From the NCBI GenBank assembly GCA_026936335.1, contig JAPMXV010000044.1, positions 434,001 to 498,000 of the forward strand: a DNA stretch of 64,000 nucleotides, read 5' to 3'. The notes below the pieces were generated by a model, which was not told the DNA's origin, did not search any database, and saw nothing but the letters and a program-made list of their open reading frames with translations. A program made the position numbers and the translations under genes. This document shows, piece by piece, positions 12,343 to 25,146 of the stretch (the first letter of the stretch is position 1; every line of letters begins with the position of its first letter). The stretch comes from Mantamonas sphyraenae STR306. Lineage: Eukaryota > Protista > CRuMs.

Positions 12343-15048
12343 GGGTGTCAACTTGTGTGTCCATTGTGATTTGCATGGGTGCTTGTCGCCGCCCACCATC
12401 ATCTCTTCCTCTTTCTCCATCCTCGTCCTTCCTCCTGCACACCCTCTTTCACCCACAGACACAGCCACCTCCGATTTCAGCTTCGCCGCTCAGCCACTCA
12501 GCCGCTCAGCCGCTCAGCCACATGCTTCGTCTCCATCCTCACATCTCCTCACACTTTTCCTCCACCCGCTGTCGCTTGCCCAGCGCGCGCAACGCCTCAG
12601 CTGCAAACGCATCCTCCTCCTCATCAGGCGTCGACGGCCGACTAGAGTCGCTGCTGCTCGAATGCGTGCTTGCGCCACTCCACCCGCTCATCGTGCTCGC
12701 CTTGCGCTTGCTTCCGCTCTGCATCACATCCTGGATCGACGGCAACAGGTGCTTCATCTCACTGGATTGCTGCATCTGGCCCGCCTGCTGCTGCACCTGC
12801 TGGCCCTGCTGCTGGTACAGCTGCTCCAGCGCCATGCGCTGTGCCTGTGCCTGTGCCTGCTGTTCAGCCAGCTGCTGCTGTTGCTGCTGTTGATGTGCAT
12901 CCTCCACTCGCATCTCCCAGCCACGCAGCTCTCCCAGCAGCTGGTGTTGCCATCCTCCAGGCTGCCCCTGCTGCTGTTGTTGAGACTCCTGCTGCATCGC
13001 TTGCATCTGCTGTGCCAGACGCAGTTTCGCCATCTCCATCTGCATCTGCATTTGCATTTGCATGCGCAGTTGCAGTTGCAGCTTCATCTGTAGCTGCTGC
13101 ATGTGCGTCTCGATCCCGTTTCCTCCACCACTTCCGTATCCTCCCAGCAGCCCTTCCATCCCTCCCAGTCCACCCATCCCAGCCACGTTGCTCATCCCTT
13201 CCACTTCCATCCTTCGTCCATGCTCTCCCATCGCAGATCCACCCTCGTCGCCATCCTCCACATCCTTTCCACCCCTCACCGACTTGCTGCCGCCGCTGCG
13301 ACGTCGTCCACCCTTGCGCATAGACTTGCCCATCGTGTGGTGCGTCAGGGGCAGCACAAAGTTCCCAGCTTCGTCCAGCAGGTCGCCGTGGCACAGACAT
13401 CCGCTCAGCATCTCCAACACTCGCGTAAACACCACGTAGTTCTGCTCGTTGCGATGTTCGTAGTGCCAGTTCTCGTCCTCCTCCACAAAGTTGCTCTCTG
13501 CCACTGCGTCTCGTGCCTCGCGAAAGTCCAATCGTCCTTCGCTACGGTACAGCCGTCCTGCAATCACCTTGAACAGCTTTGCGTTCCAACGTCGGCGCAC
13601 AGCACACGGCGGTCGTCCTTGGATCATCGACGAGATCTCCGCCCAGTGGTTTCCATGCTCACGCCACGCCTTGAACAACTGCACGTCCTCCTCTTCCGTC
13701 CACGGGCCGTGCTTGATGCTCGTGTCCAGTGCGTTCATCCAGTGCGTACGCACCTGAGACGTCGTGCGGTTCGGAAACAACGATGCAATCTGTCCAAAGT
13801 TGCCATTGAACTCTTCCACCGCCTCTCGCAGACGCTCGTTCTCCTCCTCCGACCACGGCGTACGCGAAAAGTAACGCCGTTGAGTCTTCACACCGTTCGC
13901 AGACCCCAGTGCAGACGTATATCGCTGCCGCACCTGTGCACACACAGTGTCCCAAACACCACGCCGTCCCACGACCCAGTTCCGACATCCGCCCATGCCC
14001 AGTGTACGCCCAATGTGTCCCGTTCGTCGCAAGCCACGTGTCAGCTACCCAAAAATGGCATGGAACCATCCACAACCTTCCCGTTTCGCACCCCTTTCCT
14101 TCCACGTCGACCACGTGCTACATGCATCACCCTCCTCCTTACCTGCTTCTCTGTCCGACCTGGCAGTCGCTTCGAGATCAGTGCCCACTGGTCACCCAAC
14201 TCATCGTATGCCTCGCGCAACACACGATCTTCCTCATCGCTCCACAATTCCTTCTTAATGTCCGGGTTCAGCGTGAACATGAACCGCTGCCGCACCTGCT
14301 CTCCCCGTCCTCCCTGTCAGTCCCTTGGTACCTGTGTACCTCTGCATCCTTTCTCCCACCCCCCCTCCGTCGTCCCATCACTTCCAAAAGCTCCAGTGCG
14401 AGGTTTCCGACACCAACCCCCTTTTTGTTCCCTCCTCTTTTTTCGTGCACTCACCTGCAGATATGTGCGTCCGGGCAGCATCTTGGCAATCTTGCTCCAC
14501 GCGTTCCCGTGCTTTCCGTGCTCTTTCAGCAGGATGGCATCCTGCAGTGTGTGTGATGTGTCAGTACACGCGAAGCCGAAGCCTGCGTCGTCTGCAACTT
14601 TTCCTGCAGACACGCCACACTTCCTTTTTTTGGTCCGAAACCACACGCAAACCTCTCCTTGCCCCCACGCGATCTCCACCTGCTTCACAATCCCCAAACA
14701 CCCCCGCAAAACACGCCTCCACACAACATACTTCTTCTGCAGTCCATGCGCCTGACTTGATCTTCGGGTCCAGCGTATAGCGCCAGTGCTTTCGGATCGT
14801 CGACAAGCTTCGGTTCGGAAGAAGCTCCGCTGCTCGTTCAAAGTCAGGCTCGTCATCATGCGACAGGGTCTCTCGCAGGATGCGATCCTCTTCGGCTGTC
14901 CATACTTGGATCTTTCGTTGCTTGCCGCTCATGACTTGGTGTTTGCTTTCGACTATATGTCGGGTAATTGCGCAGTTATAAACGCTCTGGGAGCGATGGC
15001 GGGAGCGAGCGGGCGACGCTTGTTCTGAGCGAGATCGATGCCTACGGG
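12343..15048. repeat. Copy 2 of the ~2.7 kb direct duplication
   Basis: Matches 7549-10262. Confidence 0.97.
12539..14932 (-). CDS. Five-repeat Myb transcription factor, copy 2 (same predicted protein as copy 1)
   Basis: Exons 14932-14732, 14541-14455, 14295-14143 and 13933-12539. The two coding substitutions I found are synonymous. Confidence 0.9.
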
Positions 15049-15197
15049 GGATGGTGAGCGCACTTCGACAATGGGATGCACGTGCACGTGTCGCAGAAGA
15101 CCGTTGATGGGACCGGTCAAGGCTTGCGCCCACATCCCCAGCCATACTGCATCGCGTTCATCCTCCCGACCGAATTGCCCCCTTTCGACTCGTCCAA

Positions 15198-17579
15198 ATG
15201 AGCGTCAGCAAGCGTAGGTCGTTGCAGCTCACAATGGTGAAGCCGCAAGGGCTCGCTGTGCTTGGTGCGCTGTTGATGGTCGCGTGCTTGGTTGCCCAAG
15301 GGAGTGCTGCGGCTGAGGATGTCCCCGGAAGTGGCCTGGACGAAGAGATTCCAGGTGTTACTGCACCCACGCGTCCTCTGCTGCTGATTCCTGGTGTGGG
15401 TGGCTCAGTTCTAAAGGCACGCAAGCGAGGGAGCAACACGGTGAACGACGCGTCGGATGTCCTCATCTGGGTGCGTATGGTGTCAGCAGACACCACCTTC
15501 CGCGAGTATATGTGGGCACGCTTCAACGACACCAGTGGAGAGGTGCAGTCTCTCAATCCGGATTGGGAGGTGTACGCGCCGGACCACGACCATGGTTTGC
15601 CAAGTGTCGAGCTGCTCACCCCGGACATGTTTGTTGGCTCTGCCTACTACTTCCACCACATCATCGACAAGCTCAAGGCCCTGGGCTACGAGCCTGGCAC
15701 AACCCTCTTTGGCTTCCCGTACGACTGGCGCCAGAGCGTCCGTTCACCCACGGTGCTTCGGGCGTTGCTCAAGCGCATTACAGGCATGTACGAGCTGGCA
15801 AACAAGGCGCGCAAGTCCACGCGCACGCAACCCATCCGTGTCGACGTAATGACCCATTCCATGGGCTGCTTGGTCATGAAAGGTAAGCCGTTTTCGCCAT
15901 GCGCCATTTCCGCGCCGCGCAACCCCAACAGTGCACGCAACTCACACCTGTAACACGCGCGTGCCCATGCAGCTCTGTTTGCGTACTATCCGCGCGAGAC
16001 GGGCAAGATGATCGACAAGTGGATCTGTATGGCCGGCCCATTCCACGGGTCGGGCAAGGCCGTGGTGGCGATGATCGAGGGGTACAATTTCGGCAACCCT
16101 TTTGTGAGCAAGTACTCTGTGCGACAGATGGCCATGGAGGATGCATCTGTGTATGAGCTTCTGCCTTCGCCGTTGTTCAACTGGGCGCAGCCGCCCGTGG
16201 TGACGCTGTTGCGGAACAATGTCTACTCGAGCCAGTCGGTCAAGAGCCCCGGCTTCTCGGACCTGCTTACCAAGATGAATGAGGGCAACCACGTGGAGTA
16301 CCATGGCGAACAGGTGCGCATGGAGTTCAATCCGCGCTTGTTGGCGCATGCACACCAGACCATGGATGTGCTGAGCAACGTCGAGCTGCCAGACTCGGTC
16401 CGCTTCTACAACCTGTACGGCGTGGGACGGCCCACGCCGCTTAACCTCACGTACGATCAACAGTCCATCCAAAACGAGAAGGATTTGACAAAGGAGGAGG
16501 CAAGCGTGGGCACGTACGACATGGTGGACGGTGACGAAACGGTCCCGGTGGAGAGCGCACGAGAGGACGGCATGCACGCTGTGGAGCGTGTGGCGGTGCA
16601 GGATTCGCACAGTGGACTGTTGACAAACGCAGAGACGTGGAGTACGTTGCGTCGATGGCTGGGAATGCAGTGCTCGTGGGGCGGGGAGTGGAAGTCTACC
16701 ACGGGGCACGGGAAGTACCAGCTGTGGCAGCAGGGACGGCACGTTCGCTCACTGGTCGTCCGAGTCCCAGAGGAGGAGTATGGCACCGGGGACAAGGACC
16801 ATGTGACCCTGATGACTTTGCAGCATGTGCTGGACGGATGGATTGATGGCAACACGTTGCAGGGCCGCGTCAACACGACACGTGGTGTGGCGAGGTTCCA
16901 CATGGTCATCGACGACACATGTCGCCATATGACCGGCAGGCTGTACTTTGAATTTGCCACAAGTCCGCCCTTTTGGGAGTTGGACGCTGAGCGGGTGCCC
17001 GGTCACGCCTGCCACCAGAGGGAAATCCAGCGCTGCAAGGTCAAGGGCGGTGTTGGATTCAAGCGGTGTACATATGGTCACTGGTCGGGAGCTTCGTGCG
17101 AGGTCACCTCGTGTAACCCAGGCTACTCCTTCCACAGCAGACACGGCCACTGCGTGCGTTGCCCAGCGGGAACCACAAAGAGGCAGCCCGGGCTTCACAA
17201 ATGCGTGCGTGAGGTGCAAGAGCCGTCGTTGAGTGACGAGCTGTGGTCTTCGCTGGGTTGGGGCAGTTCGGGTGGAGACGAGGAGGGCGACGGCGACGGC
17301 TGTGTGCGTGGTTGGTCTTCCGGCTCCATCTTTGCCGCAGGTATGCTCACGTCGTCGCTGTGTTTTGTATTGTACGCATACTGGCGCAGGGGTGCCCTGA
17401 TGCCGTCGGCTGGCCAGTGGCTCATGTCCCCAGAATTGTCTGGTCGCAGCGGCACTCCGCTGAGCCGTCCTGTTCGTGGAATGTCAACAGACGCGCTCCA
17501 GTCACCCCGACGTAGTGTATCCCAGACCCGCGTGGGTCAAATGCTCGGCAAAGTGGACAAACTGGACAAAGTGGTGTGA
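15198..17579 (+). CDS. LCAT/phospholipase A-family alpha/beta hydrolase with signal peptide, C-terminal Cys-rich region and TM helix
   Basis: Exons 15198 (or 15234)-15882 and 15973-17579. Motifs LLLIPGVGGS, FGFPYDWRQS, nucleophile elbow THSMG, DGDETVP (Asp) and HSGLL (His). Confidence 0.88.
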
Positions 17580-17655
17580 GGGAAGAAGAAACGCGGGAGC
17601 CGCGCTCCCGCAAGCAAAACAAAGCCCGCTTCCCCGTTCTCTGTGTGCTTCTCCG

Positions 17656-20600
17656 ATGGAATTGTCGAAGCTGTACCATCTAAAGCTGCCGCAGCCGCCA
17701 CGGAAGCTGACGCAGGCGTCGCAGGCAGAGCGGATTGCGCAGGGGAAACTGAGCAACAAGACCGAGGAACGGGTGCACATCACAAGTGTGCAGTACATGC
17801 ATCGAGAGCGATTCCTATTGGTGGGCACGTCAGCGGGCAAAGTACAAGCGTGGCGTGTGCGTCACTTCAGCGCACGCGAGCGCAAATCTCTGTGGGAGGT
17901 GTCCAACAATTCGGCCGCCACGGCCATCCACTACTTTGCACACTTTAAACTGCTCGCAGTCGGCTATCTGGATGGCACAATCAAGTGTAGGTGACATGTG
18001 TTGCGTGTGAGAGATCAGTGAGACGGGCCAGGGCCGAGTTGAGAGAACGACCGTTGCGTGTTCGAAGGCGAGCCGGCGCGCATGCCGCGCAGTGGCATGG
18101 TGGATGAAGATGGGCCCGTGGAGGCCACATGGATGCGCACGGTTGGGTAGGAGATGCGGTTGCGTGGTTGCGTGGTTTGTGGACGTGGTGTTGACACACG
18201 GGGGCTGGGTGTGATCAACGGCAGTGTGGACGGCGATCCACGACCAAGAGCGTGAGAAACACTGTGTACAAACATTGTATGGCCACCAGGGAGCGATCAC
18301 AGACCTCTGCTCTGCAGACAACATGCTGTTCAGCGCAAGTACAAACGGGGAGCTGAACGTGTGGGGAGAAGTGGAGGAGCACAGCTTCCTTCGCTTTCCG
18401 CACTTTCGCATTCTGCAGAGGCTAAGACCGTTCGACTCGCGCAAGCGAGAGCAGCGGTGGGTTTCCTGCTGTGCCTTCTTCAACAAGCCCCACTATGGGG
18501 AGATCGGCTCGCTGTACGCCGCAGACACGTTTGGCCACTACGTCAAATTTCAGGCCAAGACACTGGATGACAACATCGCCAAGGTGCAGGTGTACGAGGA
18601 GGTGCTGAACCAAGAGATGCACTACCTCCACCTCGGTTCGTTGGACGAAATGAGCACCAAGGTGAGCGGACTGGGATCGAGCTCGTCGTCGTCGTCGTCA
18701 TCGTCGTCAATAGACCAACCCTCCTGGAAACGCACCCAAGAGCTGATGAAGGAGATGCGCAAGCCGTCGATTCTTCGCCTGGAGTCTGGGGATGAAGAGC
18801 TGCTGATGGCGTCGGTGGATGACGAAGAGGAGGCTGGTCTGTTTGAGCTGGTGATGAACATTGCGACGCCGCAAAATACGGAGGTGCGGCAGATGCAGCA
18901 GCAGGCGATTGCAGCACACAAGCAACGCAAACAACGCACGGGCTTTGTACTAGACCATCGGCGCAGGCTACACCAACAGGGGATCACGGGCCTGCTGGTC
19001 GTTCCATCGGAAAACTTTGTGATCACCATCAGTGCAGGTGGAGAGATGACGGTGTTCAACACCGAGGCCGGGCGGGTGTTTAATCGCTTGGACAACCCGG
19101 AGTACTGCGCATATACAGCGGTGGACTTCAATGGGCGGACAAAGGAGGTTGTGCTGGGGGACGCACATGGCTTTGTGACCGTGTACAATGTGTTCAACTC
19201 GCAGACGCTGTTCCACGGCAAGGTTGGGTTGGGACCACTGGTACACGTAAGCATTCTGCCAGCGCGTGATGAGATTCTGTGTGTGGGGAAGCACTCCATG
19301 TCTTTCCTGGAGACGCAAAGGTACAGTGCCAACATCTGCTACCATGGACACAAGGAGGCGGTATCGCACCTTCTGATGGTGGTCGTGGAAGAAGACGAGA
19401 TGGACAACCGGATGATCAGTGCGAGTCCGGACAGGCACATGCACGTGTGGGATCCGTACGACATGAGCAAAGTGCACACGTTGCGCGAACCGGAATCGGA
19501 GGTGACGAGCATGATCTACGTGACTACCGCGCTGGGCTACTCGTACATAGTGACGGGCCACGAAAATAGCATGGTGCGTTTGTGGAACCCGAACGGAGAA
19601 CGGACGGTGGATCTGGAGGTGCACACCAACACGGTGACGGCGCTGGTGACGGGAACGATCGGAGGACGAACGTACCTGTTTACGGGAGGGTTTGACGGCG
19701 TCATCGCAGTGTGGGACATCACAAGCATCCACACGCGCGAACACCTGCTGGTGGTGTCATTTCCAGCTCACGACAAGGAGATCCAGTGCATGTGCTTCGA
19801 CGAGCGGGACAAGCTGCTCATCAGCGCAGGATCGGATCAAGAACTGCGGCAGTGGCACATGCCAAAACCGAGGCTGGTGAAAGAAGTGCAGGATTGCCAC
19901 GACGACACGATCACGTGCATGCGCATGGACGGCAATTACCTAATCACGGGAAGCGAGGACATGACGCTGCGCGTGTGGAACGTCCCCGAACTCACACTGT
20001 ACAGTTTCCAAGAAGGGATCAAGTGCCATGAGGCAGGCGTGTCGGATATGTATGTGCTGAAGGACCGGGGAGTGGTGTGCTCGTCATCCGCAGACGGGAC
20101 GGTCAAGTTTGTGGACATTGTCAACGAACGGGTCATCGGCGTGCTGGACAGCGTCCACAAGCTACGCTGCCTGACCGTGAAGGAAAATGAGCGCAAGGTG
20201 ATGGCAGGCACGACCGAAGGCGACTTGCTGGAGTTTGAATATCCAGCGGCGATCGAGCAAAAGTTTCCGCTGGCAGCAGGGAAGGAGGTGCCACAACTGT
20301 TGAGCAGGGTGGTAAGTGCAGCACCAACGGGTCGTCAGCATGCGAAAGGGGCCAAAGCGCACTACTTTTTCGCAGCCGAGTTGTTTGTGGAGCAGGACGA
20401 ACGGTTCAAGGACCGCGAGGAAGCCGAGGCAGACGAAAGCGCGGGGCTTGCGTTTCATGATGCCATGGACGATGCAGATGAGATTGGAAACGATGTGAAG
20501 GAGTGGAACAAGGTGGTGGACAGGCTGAAGCGACGCACGTACTCGTTTCAACAGGCAGAGACGGACGACGTCGACGGTGACGAAGGCGATGAGGAGGATG

Positions 20601-21904
20601 AGGAAGATGAGAACGAGAACGGAGAGGAAGAGGATGGGAGCGTGGCCAACGTGGAGTTTGGCGAGGAGCAGGAGGAGCGGAGTATGGATGGGGATGACGT
20701 GTGGAGCGTTGGGTCGGACAGCTCTGCAGACGAAACAACTCCAGACGACAGCATGGAGGGAGCAAGTGCAACGCACATGACATACGACAATCTCGATCTG
20801 GATGGACCGTTGCATGGGGACAGTCGATCATCGACAGGGAAGAGGCGTGCGAGCCGAAGGATGAGCGGCAGAGCGGAGAAGGGCAGTTCGAAGCTGTCGC
20901 GAAGGTCCACGTTGGCGTCGATCACAGATGATGATCGATCGCTGTTGCAATTGATGGAGGTGCTGAACGAAGAGGCAGAAAGCAAGGGTGAACGAGGTCT
21001 GGATAGGGAGGACGTCGAGGCAGTGCTGGGGCGGCTTAAACGTGGACACAGGGGCGAAATGGATCGCAGAAAGAGCATGTACGCTCGGAAGGGGTCTTCC
21101 AGAAGCAGTCTGGCCGTGGTGTCAGAGGCGGGCACGCGACGAAACAGCACGATGAGCATGGGCGGCACGGTGAGGTTGCCTCCGCTGGAGGACAACGACG
21201 GGGTAGACGAGCTAAGAATGACTCGGACGCTGGCGTTGTCAAGCAGAAGCGGTAGCAAGCACATGTCGAAACACCAGAATGGCAAAGGCAAGAGCAAGAG
21301 CAACAAGAAGAAAGCGGGCGTTCTGAAGCGGCCAGCCAAGCCCGCAGCGGCAAGAGCTCGTCCCAAGACTCCAATCCGGTCGTTGTACTCGAACCTGCAA
21401 TCACAGCTGTTCTGGGGAGACGTGGACACAGACTTTCGGGTGCACGACGATGAACTGCAGCCGGAAAACTTGAAGAGCGTGCAGATGTCGATGGAGATGG
21501 CTGGGATGCAGCGGCGTCCCAAGGAGAACGAGTACACACAGCAACTGAGAAAGATGCGAACAGACAAACAGGGATGGGTGCAACGGCGGCAACGTTGGGG
21601 CGCATACAACGGGTTGGATGTTGCGTCGCAGGACGATCTGGAGCAACATGAGCAGATGCTGGAGCGGCAACGACAACACAAAGAACGGCTATTGGTGCAG
21701 CAGCAACGGTTCGAGGTTGGACGACTGGACGGAACGAATTCGTTGGCGCAACTGCGGAATCAATTTGCTCAACGGATGCATTCTCAGGGGTCGCTGCAGT
21801 CGCTGCAGTCGCCACGTGCATCATCGCCACGCACTGCATCACCAAACGTTGCGTCGCCACGACTGTCACGACGAGGAGGACGAGGAAGAGCTCGAGGAAG
21901 ATGA
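17656..21904 (+). CDS. Large WD40-repeat protein with acidic linker and disordered C-terminus
   Basis: Exons 17656-17986 and 18225-21904 (junction DGTIK-LWTA). Many WD repeats, e.g. GHQGAITDL, GHKEAVSHL, LFTGGFDGVIAVWD and LITGSEDMTLRVWN. Confidence 0.85.
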
Positions 21905-23621
21905 AGACTGGGTTGTGGTGGCCTTTCCCTGGAGATCGATGTGATCGTCTGTGTCAATGTCGTCCTGGTCTTGGTCGTCGAGGTAGGCCTGTTCGTCGCG
22001 GAGTTTCTGCATGGCGGCCTGTTCGTCTTCATCTCCCCATTCGCTTGCGTCAAGGTAGCAAACGCACAGAGAGTCGGAGTCCATGATGGCAAGGGCGTTG
22101 CCGTCGGCACTCCAACGCAGGGATTGGGCATGGAAGACCCTTGGAGAGTCTCCTGCGGGCACCTCGACAGAGGCGCATGTGTCGGGGGTCCAAAAGTAGA
22201 TGTTGGGACCAGCTGTGGCAAGGGCAAGGCGAGTGTGTGCAGGATCCCAGGCGACGCATTTGATGGGCTTGAGCTGGATGAGGAGAGAGTGGAGGCGTAG
22301 GCGAGCGACATCCCAGATCCAGAGGGTGCTGGGCATGTTGTCGTTGCGCGTGGCAATGAACTGGTTGTCGTAGCTCCATTCGACCGTACCAACGCCCAGG
22401 CGAGGATTGGGTTTCTCAGGGTCGACCTTGTGTGCGGGTACTGTGACGGGAGTGTCTACAAGCTCGTACTTGAGAGTCTGATCGTCCGTGAGGCCGTAGC
22501 GAGCGTTGCTGGAGGCGCCTCCGACGACGGCCTCCTTGTACACGTAGGTCTTTGCACTCTCGACCTTGGACTCGTGCTGGAACTCGCCAAGGAGCTTCCA
22601 TGAAACATGGTTCTGCAGGCGCAGCTTCTCGTCGTAGCTGCCAAACGCAAGGAACTGGCCGCTGGGTGAGAAGCGCACCTGCTTGATGCCAAGTGCATGT
22701 TCATAGGCCTGAAACTGCTCGAGCAGGCGGCCTTCAGGAGAGTATAGGAGTAGTTTGAACTGTGGGGGCGTGGGTGAGTGTCCGGGAAAGGAGACAAGAT
22801 GGCACGGGGGAAAAGCGAGACGTACATCGAGGATGGAGTCCCAGACAACAATCACTCGGTTGTCGGGAGACCACGCGAGGCCGGCGAGGTCGGCGGTGTC
22901 GACTTGGAAGTGCTGTGCGATGGCGGGATGCGCTGTGTGAGGGAGACGGATTTTGGGCGGGATTGGGTTTTGGCGCGAAAGTTGGGCCTTGCCTTGATCA
23001 TCTCCCATGAGTCGCAGGCAAAGATGCTGACGTAGTCCTTGCAGTCACGGCGCTCCGCAAGAGCCATATACTTGCCGTTGGAGGTGAAGTCGATGCCCTT
23101 TGAGGAGAACTTTGGGAATTTGATGAAGGCGGCGTTCTTTTTGACGAGGGACCAGATGGTGATGCGGAGCTGGACGGGAGAGTGAAGAGACATGGACAGA
23201 TGGGAGTACGCGTATTGGGAGGTAGTGAGTGGTTGGACGCGGGAGGTTCGCGCGAGTGGGAATGCGTGGGGCAGGTGCGTACCTGAAAGTCGGCCGTGCT
23301 AAGGATGTGGCGACCATCGGGGCTCCAACGGGCAAAGCTGAGGCCAGCAGGGCCTTCGTCAATCTTGCAAGTCCAGTCGGGCTGGGAGAGGGACCAGACC
23401 TGGATGATGGCGCGTCTGTACATTGCGCAGAGGATGAATTTGGAATCGGCGCTCCACTCGATGCGCTGGATCGTGTCTGAGCATGTGTACAGCTGGACAA
23501 TCTCCATGGATTGACAGTCACGCACAATGAGGCGATACTGGACGGCTGTGGCGACGTAGAGGCCGTCGGGAGAGAACTCCACTAGCCCGGCACTCTGTTG
23601 GAAGAGATCGGAAAAGTCCAT
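21866..23621 (-). CDS. WRAP73: WD-repeat protein WRAP73/WDR8 (centriole/cilium), ~498 aa
   Basis: Exons 23621-23283, 23169-22993, 22912-22826 and 22759-21866. Diagnostic segments [60 protein letters not shown] and [15 protein letters not shown]. Confidence 0.93.
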
Positions 23622-23673
23622 GAGCGAAGTGCGATTTTTTTTTGTTTTCGTTGGTGTCCACTGCGTGGAGTGA

Positions 23674-25039
23674 TCAATCAAAGAGTCCCATGCCGTCGCC
23701 GGAGCTCTCAGAGCTGACAGAGGCAGCGTCCTCCTCTTGCGGGACGTCGTTCATGGAGGCAGCGAGAGCAGCCTCAAGGTCGGCCTGGAATTGAGCCTCC
23801 TCGGGATCGATGTTTGCGTTTGCGTTGTCGTTGTCGTTGTCGTCTTCTTGCACACTGACGCTGGCCTCGGAGAAACCACCTCCGGGGAGCTCGCTGCTGT
23901 TTGCAAGAAACTCCTCCTGGTCAGCCTGGTTCTTGGCCTCCTTGAGCTTGGCCTCGGCCTCCTCCATTTCGGTGACGCTTGTGGAGCCGTTGAGGTTGAG
24001 GACGGAGGGCTGAAGCATGGTGAGGGAGGGCACTTGATCGAGGGTGCGGATCTCAAAGAGCTTGTTCCAGCGGGTGTTGCCGTTGGTGAAAGTGACCTGG
24101 AACTCGTGAAAGCCTTGGTTGTTGACACGCTGGCCTGTGATGCGACCCTTGGTGTAGTAGACATTGCCTGCGCCCTCGAGGCCGATGACATTGGTGTTGT
24201 TGCGGAGGGCAGAGGCGCGCGGGAGGGAGCCCGCAGGGACAAGGGAGGTGCTCTTTGCAGAGTATTCCCCCTTGATACCAGAGTCAGTGACGGCGGTGAT
24301 GGTGTTTCCGTCGATGGAGAGGACGACACCGAGGACGTAGGACTCATCTACGTTGATCCAGACGCGGCGGCCGGCCTTGAAACAGCCCTCGTACGAGCGC
24401 AGCAAATACAGTTGGTGCTGCTTGATGGTGTTTGTTCCGTGGGTCTCTTCGTCATCAAAGGTCACGGTGATGTCCGAGCCGCTTGTGGCCGAGATGGTCC
24501 CGGGGAAGAACTTGCCAAGACGGCGCTCAGATGTTTGGGCGATGACGCGAACGCCCGACGAGAGCTGGCGGAGGGGAACGGCAGAGGGACCGGGAGAGTG
24601 AGCAGGAGGACGGAGGAAGTGCGTCGGGGATGCTGGGGGCGGAGGCGGAAGCGAGGAATGAAAGGAGAGCATGCGGACATGCAAGGGCCGGCGCTGCGGA
24701 GAAAACGTGGAATCGGGAGGGTACTTGGAAATGTGTGGGGAACAAACGCGTTTCACACAGGGAAAAGGAGCCATGGCAGGATGGGGAGCGTGGAGGAGAT
24801 CAAGGGCAGGGCAGGGCAGGCATGAGAGTGTCAAGAAAGGGACGCACATTGAAGAGGAACGGGACCCAAAGCTCAGCGACGACGTCTCCGTTGCGTGGGT
24901 TGACGTCCTTTTTGTCACCGTCGTCGTAGTTGATCTTCATCTTGTCGCCCTCCATGCCGTTGACACGCCCCAGGTAGTAACGGTTGGAGCTCCAGTTGGC
25001 AAAGCAACGTGTGGTACCCTTCTTGGAAGGAGGCGGCAT
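23674..25039 (-). CDS. Protein with about four Tudor/SH3-like repeats, a UIM-like helix and an acidic tail ending GMGLFD
   Basis: Exons 25039-24848 and probably 24564-23674 (acceptor uncertain). Repeats such as CFANW..YYLGRV..INYDDGD and VIAQ..FFPGTI..VTFDD; [17 protein letters not shown] fits the UIM pattern. Confidence 0.65.
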
Positions 25040-25146
25040 GATGGTCTGTGTCTGCGATTGGTTTGGGGTGGTTGCTTGGCGCAGTGGAGGCCAGGCGAAA
25101 TCGCAACCGGGCCCAAACCGGACGAGGCAACATGCAGCATCGATCC

